From assembly GCA_036654655.1 (NCBI GenBank), contig JAVVRP010000001.1, forward strand, positions 138,426-202,425: 64,000 nucleotides of DNA. The letters run 5' to 3'. Position 1 is the first letter of the stretch. Each line of letters opens with the position of its first letter. The DNA comes from Clostridia bacterium. GTDB lineage: Bacteria; Bacillota; Clostridia; Christensenellales; UBA1242. Positions 56,772 through 64,000 of this stretch are shown piece by piece. Position numbers and translations under genes: made by a program. Below the pieces are notes generated by a model that saw only the letters and a list, made by a program, of their open reading frames with translations, was not told the origin of the DNA and did not search any database.

Positions 56772-58160
56772 TTATCCCAAAGAAAAAATTGGTTTTGGCG
56801 CGTTAAACTTTTTGTCAAAAGTGTAACCCTCAACAGTGCCATCAACAGAAATCTTAACTGCCACGCCATATTTTGCAAGAGTTTTTGTTGCTGCCAAACG
56901 CCCACCGCCTGTGCTTCCCGCTTCTATTTTAACAATTGCACCCACTGCTATTATTGTTCCGTCATAATCAATTATTGTTGCCCCATCCATTCCTATAATT
57001 TCTTGGCGTAGTTTTCTGGAAAGTTCATGAAATTTTCGTCCGTCAATAATTTGAACAAGCGCATGCGTTTTTGAAGAATTTTTCTTTTGCAAAAAATCTG
57101 CAAATGGAATAAAAAAGTTTTCTGGCTCAATTGTTTCGGTTACAACTGACATGTTCTTTGCCATATCCAATTCCATTTGCTTTTTTAATTCAAAATGAGT
57201 TTCTGAAACAATGTCGTGTATGTCAATATGTTCAAGAGCAATAGCACATTTATCCTTATTTAAGTACGCCAAACATCCCCCGCTGTTTGTAAAAGAACAA
57301 TCAAGCGCAGTAAAATAAATTGCTTTTCTTATTTCTTTCATGGTGTGGGATGTTCTGTTTGACAAAAGTTGAATTATTTCATCATGACAATAACTTATCC
57401 AAACGTCACGTCTGTTAGCAAAAACTAATTCACGGTTTTTAAAAATAAGCAAATCACCATTCGCCAAATAAGAAATTCCAATTCTGTTATCACTGCAATA
57501 TCTTGCAACATTTATAAATTCATATGGGCACAATGTTGTTGCAAAGCGAACACGATCCATTAAAATATGCCCTGTTAATTGCCCATTTTTATCAAGTTCA
57601 ACACAACTTTGTTTGCCATCAGACAACAATGCAAAAAAATCACTTTCCAGCATTTTTACATAACTTAAATTAAAATTTGGAATTGGGGATTCTTCGCTTT
57701 CGTTTACAATAATTCCAAAATTTAAATGATTACCTTCATAAGTTCTGTTTGCCCAATGGCTAAGAGAGTTTATAACTCCTAAAATTGTTTCCGAATTATT
57801 TTCTGAAACAGCCTGACATACTGCTTTTTCAATGGCAGTTGATTGCAAACTTTGAACATATCCTCTTTCGGTAAGATTAAGTTCAGAAATTTTTACAAGT
57901 TCGGCAATAATTGTTCTTAAAAGAGAAACATCCGCTGTTTTAAAAGGTTGTGAACGCCTTATTATAAATCTGTATTCATCTGTTTTGTGCGCCTTAACAA
58001 GAACGGTGCCATTTGAGCCCTGTGCAACTTCGGAATCACGCGAAGTTGAAACTCCTTCACCAATAATTGAAGAACCGGTAAACAATGGCAAAATTAATGA
58101 TATCACAAGGTTTGAAAAATCGTCTTTGGTCATTTCACACACCTTTTTAAAACATAGCAT
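56772..58160 (-). CDS. Uncharacterised protein with C-terminal diadenylate-cyclase-like (DisA_N/DAC-fold) module lacking the RHR motif
   Basis: 462-aa ORF. The C-terminus MDGATIIDYDGTIIAVGAIVKIEAGSTGGGRLAATKTLAKYGVAVKISVDGTVEGY parallels the DAC blocks DGA...GTRHRAA...VSEETG in order and spacing. The N-terminal about 330 aa is unrecognised. An alternative start is the ATG at 58133 (AAGGTG SD). Confidence 0.6.
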   Translation of the reverse strand: MLCFKKVCEMTKDDFSNLVISLILPLFTGSSIIGEGVSTSRDSEVAQGSNGTVLVKAHKTDEYRFIIRRSQPFKTADVSLLRTIIAELVKISELNLTERGYVQSLQSTAIEKAVCQAVSENNSETILGVINSLSHWANRTYEGNHLNFGIIVNESEESPIPNFNLSYVKMLESDFFALLSDGKQSCVELDKNGQLTGHILMDRVRFATTLCPYEFINVARYCSDNRIGISYLANGDLLIFKNRELVFANRRDVWISYCHDEIIQLLSNRTSHTMKEIRKAIYFTALDCSFTNSGGCLAYLNKDKCAIALEHIDIHDIVSETHFELKKQMELDMAKNMSVVTETIEPENFFIPFADFLQKKNSSKTHALVQIIDGRKFHELSRKLRQEIIGMDGATIIDYDGTIIAVGAIVKIEAGSTGGGRLAATKTLAKYGVAVKISVDGTVEGYTFDKKFNAPKPIFSLG

Positions 58161-58189
58161 AAATACACTATCTTTTTCTCTATTGTTTT

Positions 58190-58218
58190 ATTATATAATA
58201 TAACATTTTAAATTGCAA
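58190..58218 (-). promoter_or_regulatory. Sigma-A promoter of the DAC-like gene
   Basis: The minus strand reads TTGCAA-17 nt-TATAAT, about 30 nt upstream of the first ATG. Confidence 0.55.
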
Positions 58219-58315
58219 ATAAAAATATAGATTTTATAACTTTATTTTTTTTATTAATATAATAAAATTTTGTCACTTTATGTCTTTTTTTGCAAAAGCG
58301 GTCATAAAGTAAATT

Positions 58316-59020
58316 ATGATATTTGAAAATTTTATTAATTTTATGAACAAAATATTATTGTTCAGTTCATTCATTAATTCTAGTAATGGGTTTCCATCAC
58401 CAATGACGCTGGAAGAAGAAAAAATGTGGTTTGAAAAATTTCATAAGGGTGATATGCAGGCAAAGGCAAAATTAATTAATCACAATTTAAGGCTTGTTGC
58501 ACATATAGTTAAAAAATATTCAAATGCAGGTGAAGCAGATGATATGATTTCTGTTGGTTCAATAGGGTTAATAAAAGCAATTAATACGTTTGAATATGGC
58601 AAAAACACTCAACTATCAACCTATGCAGCCAGATGTATTGAAAACGAAATTTTAATGCTTTTAAGGCTTGGTAAAAAACATAAAAACACTCTTTCCATTC
58701 AAGAAAGTTTGGGGCAAGATAAAGATGGAAACGAGGTAAGTTTTGAGGATATAATTCCATCAACAGACGAAGAAGTTTTTAATCAAGTTGAAAATGGAAT
58801 TATCAGTAAAAAAATTGAAATAATAATAAAAGAAAATTTGACCGAAAGAGAACAAGAAATAATAAAATTAAGATATGGAATTGGAGGTTGTCCGTGCATG
58901 ACACAAAGAGAAATTGCAGACAAACTTGGAATTTCAAGGTCATATATTTCTAGGCTAGAAACAAAATCACTTGAAATAATTAAAAATAAAATTGACTTTG
59001 ATTCATTTTTTGAAAAATAA
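58316..59020 (+). CDS. sigK: RNA polymerase sporulation sigma factor, pro-sigma-K-like
   Basis: 234-aa ORF. FPSPMTLEEE, LINHNLRLVAHIVKKY, STYAARCIENEILM, GQDKDGNEVSF and TQREIADKLGISRSYISRLE match Bacillus SigK more closely than SigE. It has a hydrophobic N-terminal pro-sequence and is uninterrupted. Confidence 0.85.
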   Translation: MIFENFINFMNKILLFSSFINSSNGFPSPMTLEEEKMWFEKFHKGDMQAKAKLINHNLRLVAHIVKKYSNAGEADDMISVGSIGLIKAINTFEYGKNTQLSTYAARCIENEILMLLRLGKKHKNTLSIQESLGQDKDGNEVSFEDIIPSTDEEVFNQVENGIISKKIEIIIKENLTEREQEIIKLRYGIGGCPCMTQREIADKLGISRSYISRLETKSLEIIKNKIDFDSFFEK

Positions 59021-59032
59021 ATAATAAATAAT

Positions 59033-59929
59033 TCAACTTAAAAGCCCGTTGATAAATTCTTTTTTATCAAACATTTCAATATCATTTAATCCTTCGCCTG
59101 TTCCAACAAAAATAATTGGAATATTGTATTCCTTGGCAAGTGAAATAACAAACCCGCCTTTTGACGTGCCATCTAATTTTGTTAAAATAATTCCATCTAT
59201 TTTAACATATTGGTTAAAATTTTGAATTTGTGAAAGTGAGTTTTGTCCTGTTGTTGCATCCAAAACTATCAAATTTTTTTTAGTAAATTGAAAGCCTTCT
59301 CGTTCAATAACTTTATTAATTTTTTTTAACTCTTCCATTAAATTAATTTTTGTGTGAAGTCTGCCAGCAGTATCAATAATTAAAACATCAAAACCTTTTG
59401 CCTTTGCGCTTGAAATTCCATCAAAAACAACTGCACTTGCATCCGCTCCTTCTTCATGTTTTACAATTTTAACCTTGTTTTTTTTTGCCCATTCATTTAA
59501 TTGAGCACTTGCAGCAGCCCTAAAAGTGTCCCCTGCAACCAAACATACTGATTTTTTTTTGTTAACAAAATAGTTGGCAAGTTTTCCAACTGTTGTTGTT
59601 TTTCCCGCCCCGTTTACTCCAAAAATTGTTAGAATTAATGGATATTCAAAGTCTTTTTCTGGATTTGAAAGTTGGTTCTCTAACACTTTTGCAAATTCAA
59701 TTTTTGCCTGATCGGCGCCATGAATTTTGTTTTTTCTAAGATAAGTTCTTAATTCTTCTGTGATTTCTATTGAAGTTTTATAACCTAAATCGGATGAAAT
59801 TAAAATATCGTTTAACTCTTCAAAAAAGTCTTCATTAAGTTCACCTTTGCTAAAAAGTGAATCTAATTTTCTTTTAAAACTTTCTTTTGTTTTTTTTAAT
59901 GATTCACCAATTTTTTTTAAAATTCCCAT
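59033..59929 (-). CDS. ftsY: Signal recognition particle receptor FtsY
   Basis: 298-aa ORF with an NG domain only (GVNGAGKTTT, DTAGRLH, TKLDGT). Follows smc as in Bacillus. Confidence 0.96.
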   Translation of the reverse strand: MGILKKIGESLKKTKESFKRKLDSLFSKGELNEDFFEELNDILISSDLGYKTSIEITEELRTYLRKNKIHGADQAKIEFAKVLENQLSNPEKDFEYPLILTIFGVNGAGKTTTVGKLANYFVNKKKSVCLVAGDTFRAAASAQLNEWAKKNKVKIVKHEEGADASAVVFDGISSAKAKGFDVLIIDTAGRLHTKINLMEELKKINKVIEREGFQFTKKNLIVLDATTGQNSLSQIQNFNQYVKIDGIILTKLDGTSKGGFVISLAKEYNIPIIFVGTGEGLNDIEMFDKKEFINGLLS

Positions 59930-59973
59930 AATTATGCCACCTTTATTTTTTTAACAAAATTTAATAACAAATG

Positions 59974-62900
59974 TTATGCTTGCGCAACTTTAATTGCATC
60001 TGCAATTTTAACGCTAACGGTTGTTGAAACGCCTTTTTCTTCCATTGTAACACCAAACAGAGTGTCTGCAAGTTCCATTGTTGGTTTTTTATGAGTTATT
60101 ACAATAAACTGTGTTGACTTTGAAAAACGCTTTAAATATTGAGCAAAACGGTCAACATTTGCCTCATCCAATGCTGCATCAATTTCATCCAAAAGGCAAA
60201 ATGGCAAAGGTTTTAATTTTAAAATTGAAAATAAAATTGCAATTGCTGTTAGTGCTTTTTCCCCTCCACTTAACAAGGAAATATTTTGCAAATTTTTACC
60301 CGGAGGTTGTGCTGTTATTTCCACACCCGCTTCAAGCATATCACTGCTTGAAACAAGTTCTAATTTTGCCCTTCCACCGCCAAACAATTCTTTAAAAGTA
60401 ACCTCAAAATTTGCACTTATTTTTTTAAATTCGGCATCAAACTTTGCTGTCATTTCCGCTTTGAGTTCATCTATAATTTTTGTTGTGTTCTCTTCTGCAA
60501 CTGTAAGATCTGTTGCTTGACCCGAAAGTGATTCATATCTTTCAAGAACAAGTTTGCTCTCTTCAATTGCGCTAACATTAACATATCCAAGTTTGGATAT
60601 TTCACGCTTTATTCTGTTAATCTCTTTTGCACCTTCAACTGGTTCAAAATCGGCCCTTTTAAAATCTACGCACCCAGAATATGTGAGTTCATAATCTTCA
60701 AAAATACGTTCTTGCATGGCTGTAATATTTGTGTCAACACTGCCAAGTTGCATTTCCTGATTAAACTTTTTGTTATTTAAATTTGATAAATTTTCGCTTG
60801 TGGACATTCGCTGTTCATCTAACTGCTTGTTTTCTTGTTGCAAAGCAGACTTTTTGTTTTCCAACGCAATTTGGCTTTGCCTTATATTTTCAAGTTTAAA
60901 CTTATTTTCATCACTTGCCTGAGATTCCATTGCACTTTCAGCCAATTTTTCGCATTCTAAAACTAGTTTTAAATTTTTTGTCAGTTCATTTTTTAATCCT
61001 TCCAATTTTTGAGTTAATATTGAAATATCAAAATCCAAACGCGAAATCGTGGAATTATTTGCGTCCACTTGTTGAATTAAACTTGCTTTATTTATTTTAA
61101 CTGTTGTTAAGTTCTTTAAAATTTCATCTGAAACTAAGCGGAGTTCGGCTGTTTTTTGTTGCCTTTCTTCCAATTTTTTGCCAGCATTAACATTTGATTG
61201 CGAGCCACTTCCGTCCAATTTTGAAATAAGCAAAGAAATGTATTCAATTTTTTCTGCATAGGCAGATTTTTGGCTGTTTAATTTTAAAATTTCCACCTCC
61301 AAATCTTTATAACTGGCAATAAAATTTTCACTTTTTTCGCTTTCCTTTGCAAAACAAATTTCTGCAAAATTTTTTTCATTTTCAAGGTTTTCTATTGTTG
61401 TTTTTAAAACATTTTGTTCCTTTAAAAGTGACAATATTTTAGCATGCGATTCTGCAAGTAATTTTCTTAACTCCTCTATTTCTTTGCCCAGTGATTCAAT
61501 TTCTCTGCTTCGGCTTATTAAATTTGAAGCCTCATTTTTTTTGCTTCCACCAGTCATTGAACCTGCTGGATTTAAAACATCACCATCAAGTGTTACAATT
61601 TTTAAAGCATGATTACACTTTGACGCTAACAATATTGCTGTGTCCAAGTTGTTAACAATTAAAGTTGTTCCAAGCAAATTTAAAATTACAGACGAAATTT
61701 GCGGATTAAATTTTATTAATTCGCTAGCAACTCCAAAACAACCATTTTCTGTTAGCAAAAAACTTTCTTCTCGGCGCAAACCTTTTTCACGCATTGCAGA
61801 AATAGGTAAAAATGTTGCTCTTCCAAAATTGTTTTGTTTTAAAAATTCAATAAGATGCTTCGCATTGTTTTCAGTTAAAGTAACAATATTTTGTAACGCA
61901 TTGCCAAGCGCCACTTCAATGGCAGTTTCATATTTTTCAGGCACGGTTATAAGCGACGCCAAAACACCAATCATTTCATTTTTTAAATTAGGATTTCTTA
62001 CACTTTCTTTTAAAAGTTTTTTAACTGCATATGCATAGCCCTCAAACTCGCTTTCCATGTCTGCAAGCAAGCGTCTGCGATTTTCATAGACTTGAATTTT
62101 TACTGATATATCATGCTTATTACTTTCTTCTTCCGCTGATTCATCATTTACTGATTGCAATCTAAATTTTGCCGAAGCAAGGTCTTTTGAAGATTTTTCT
62201 TTGTTAATTTCCAACTCTTTAACTTTTTTTTGAATGCTTGAAATATCTGTTTTAATAAGTAATAATTTTTTATTCTGTATGTCAAATTCATGTTCAATTC
62301 GTTTTTGATTTTCTAACTGAGCATCTTGCTCGGCTTGAAGCCCAGAAAGATTTGATTTTAAATCTGCAAACTTTTCCATTTCATCAATCAAACTTTTTTG
62401 GCTTTTTTCACTTTCACCTTGAAGCAAGTTTAAATTATCCAAGGTTTCAAGATGTTTGTTAGACAATTCTGTTTCTGTCTGTTCCAATACTTCCAAATCT
62501 GATTTTTGGGTTTTGTTTAAAATTAAAACATTTTCTAATTGTTTTTTATCTGTTTCTAGTTTGCTTTTATTTTCTGAAATATCCAATTCAATCATTTGAT
62601 TTGTTTGCTTTAAACTATTTAACCTTTCTCTAATCAACCTTACTTCGCCAGATTGCTTTTCAATCTCAACAGTGATTGCAAGAACTTTTGAATGTACTTT
62701 TTCTATTTCTGCATCAATATTATCAATTCCAAGCAAATTATCTGTAAATTTTTTTGTTATTGTTTCCAGTAAGTTTTGAGTTGAACTTATTTCTTCTTTA
62801 ATTCCATCCAGTTTAATCTGCATTTTTTGCTTTTGTTGATTTGCAGTATCATATTGATAAACATATTGGTTAATTTCCAAATCTTTTAAATTTGCTTTAA

Positions 62901-63552
62901 AAATTAAATATTTTTTTGCATCTTCTGCCTGCTGTTTTAATGGTCCAAGCCTATTTTCAACTTCTGTTAAAATGTCTTTAACACGCATAAGAACATCTCT
63001 GGTGTTTTTTAATTTATTTTCTGCTTCTTCTTTTCTACTTCTATATTTTGAAATGCCAGCCGCTTCTTCAAAAATGCCTCGCCTTCCCTCTGGCTTTGAA
63101 TTTATAATTTGTTCCACCTGACCCTGACTGATTATTGAATAGCCATCTCTGCCTATTCCGCTATCAAATAAAATATTTGTTATGTCTTTTAATCTACATT
63201 TAGTACGATTTAATGAGTATTCACTTTCGCCTGACTTATAAAGTTTTCTTGTTATTGCAAGTTCGTTGTAATCATAATCAAAAAAACGATCCACGTTGTC
63301 AAAAACTAACGTTGCCTCACAATAAGAAAGGCTTCTACGCTTTTCTGTACCACTAAAAATAACATCTTGCATATTTTGTCCGCGTAATTCCTTTGCACGT
63401 TGTTCTCCAAGAACCCACCTTATTGCATCTGACACATTACTTTTGCCACAACCATTTGGACCAACAATTGCTGTTACACCATGATCAAAATTAATTTCTG
63501 TTTTATCTGCAAATGATTTAAACCCCAAAAGTTCTATTTGTTTAAAATACAT
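59974..63552 (-). CDS. smc: Chromosome partition protein Smc
   Basis: 1192-aa ORF. Has Walker A GPNGCGKSN, long coiled coils flanking a hinge (GVASELI...VVNNLDTA), the signature LSGGEK and Walker B LLDEIDAALD. Confidence 0.97.
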   Translation of the reverse strand: MYFKQIELLGFKSFADKTEINFDHGVTAIVGPNGCGKSNVSDAIRWVLGEQRAKELRGQNMQDVIFSGTEKRRSLSYCEATLVFDNVDRFFDYDYNELAITRKLYKSGESEYSLNRTKCRLKDITNILFDSGIGRDGYSIISQGQVEQIINSKPEGRRGIFEEAAGISKYRSRKEEAENKLKNTRDVLMRVKDILTEVENRLGPLKQQAEDAKKYLIFKANLKDLEINQYVYQYDTANQQKQKMQIKLDGIKEEISSTQNLLETITKKFTDNLLGIDNIDAEIEKVHSKVLAITVEIEKQSGEVRLIRERLNSLKQTNQMIELDISENKSKLETDKKQLENVLILNKTQKSDLEVLEQTETELSNKHLETLDNLNLLQGESEKSQKSLIDEMEKFADLKSNLSGLQAEQDAQLENQKRIEHEFDIQNKKLLLIKTDISSIQKKVKELEINKEKSSKDLASAKFRLQSVNDESAEEESNKHDISVKIQVYENRRRLLADMESEFEGYAYAVKKLLKESVRNPNLKNEMIGVLASLITVPEKYETAIEVALGNALQNIVTLTENNAKHLIEFLKQNNFGRATFLPISAMREKGLRREESFLLTENGCFGVASELIKFNPQISSVILNLLGTTLIVNNLDTAILLASKCNHALKIVTLDGDVLNPAGSMTGGSKKNEASNLISRSREIESLGKEIEELRKLLAESHAKILSLLKEQNVLKTTIENLENEKNFAEICFAKESEKSENFIASYKDLEVEILKLNSQKSAYAEKIEYISLLISKLDGSGSQSNVNAGKKLEERQQKTAELRLVSDEILKNLTTVKINKASLIQQVDANNSTISRLDFDISILTQKLEGLKNELTKNLKLVLECEKLAESAMESQASDENKFKLENIRQSQIALENKKSALQQENKQLDEQRMSTSENLSNLNNKKFNQEMQLGSVDTNITAMQERIFEDYELTYSGCVDFKRADFEPVEGAKEINRIKREISKLGYVNVSAIEESKLVLERYESLSGQATDLTVAEENTTKIIDELKAEMTAKFDAEFKKISANFEVTFKELFGGGRAKLELVSSSDMLEAGVEITAQPPGKNLQNISLLSGGEKALTAIAILFSILKLKPLPFCLLDEIDAALDEANVDRFAQYLKRFSKSTQFIVITHKKPTMELADTLFGVTMEEKGVSTTVSVKIADAIKVAQA

Positions 63553-64000
63553 TAATCTTCATTCTCCTGCTTATAATTTGAAATTACTTCTAAAATTTTA
63601 CAGTTTACTTGCATATCGTTTTGGATAATAACTTGCCCAATAGCATTTTTTATAACTTCTGGGTTACTTGCTCCGTGACATTTAAAAACAATTTTTTTAA
63701 GCCCTAAAAGTGGAGAACCACCATATTTTTTATAATCAAATGTTGTCTTTAACTGTTTTAAAGAATTTTTAGCAAATAACAAGCCTATTTTTGAAAATAT
63801 ATTTTTTGTCATTGCTTTTTTAAATTGTCGCATAATTATTTGGCTGGTGCCTTCTGTTGCTTTAAGCGCAATGTTGCCAGCAAATCCGTCCGAAACCACA
63901 ATGTCATAATTTCCACTCATTAAATCACGTGCTTCCATATTTCCAACAAAATTTATTGGTGCTTTTTTTAAAAGTTCAAAACATTCTTTTGAAAATTCAT
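63552..64000 (-). CDS. plsX: Phosphate acyltransferase PlsX, C-terminal part (gene runs off window end)
   Basis: The frame is open to the window edge. NFVGNMEARDLMSGNYDIVVSDGFAGNIALKATEG...GGSPLLGL..FKCHGAS is the PlsX C-terminal half. Its stop overlaps the smc ATG (TAATG). Confidence 0.9.
   Translation of the reverse strand, partial: EFSKECFELLKKAPINFVGNMEARDLMSGNYDIVVSDGFAGNIALKATEGTSQIIMRQFKKAMTKNIFSKIGLLFAKNSLKQLKTTFDYKKYGGSPLLGLKKIVFKCHGASNPEVIKNAIGQVIIQNDMQVNCKILEVISNYKQENED

Noticed and set aside
58316-59020. Possibility that sigK is split by a skin-like element, or that it is SigE
   Set aside because: The ORF is continuous from region 1.2 to region 4.2. Diagnostic blocks (LRLVAHIVKK, AARCIENEILM, GQDKDGNE, GISRSYISRLE) favour SigK over SigE.

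Overview
This window is a low-GC chromosomal core segment with Firmicutes/Clostridia-like gene order. I call 63 CDS, and all but 3 are on the minus strand. Bacillus-type synteny blocks are recognisable: mutS-mutL; rpsO-pnp-deacetylase; relA-position gene/recJ/secDF/yajC/tgt/queA/ruvBA; infC-rpmI-rplT; nifS-nifU; dprA-topA-trmFO-hslVU; ylxM-ffh-rpsP-khpA-rimM-trmD; lepA-hemW; plsX/smc/ftsY. An intact pro-sigma-K gene, a NodB-type deacetylase after pnp and an FtsK/SpoIIIE translocase suggest an endospore-former lineage. One RNA gene is clear: RNase P RNA (rnpB, 56378-56717, minus), with a consensus promoter placed exactly at its 5' end. infC uses an ATT start behind a promoter-leader-terminator arrangement of the L20-leader type. 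I found no tRNA, rRNA, CRISPR array, IS element, prophage or obvious multi-gene defence, secretion or RiPP cluster. About 95% of the window is housekeeping. The parts worth a second look are: (1) an orphan 462-aa protein whose C-terminus looks like a diadenylate-cyclase (DisA_N) module without the RHR motif, divergent from sigK; (2) a small compositionally foreign cassette (about 33.69-34.31 kb) encoding two small helical proteins with a shared C-terminal motif, bracketed by a 12-bp inverted repeat and next to an orphan pseB-like dehydratase; (3) an IscU/NifU scaffold fused to a tail with two AT-hook motifs; (4) domain losses in core genes (Rel without a catalytic HD, TGS or ACT; MiaB without TRAM; ThrS without TGS or a T-box; short SecF; plsX abutting smc with no fab/acpP/rnc). 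All functional calls come from motif and synteny recognition by eye; no database search was run.
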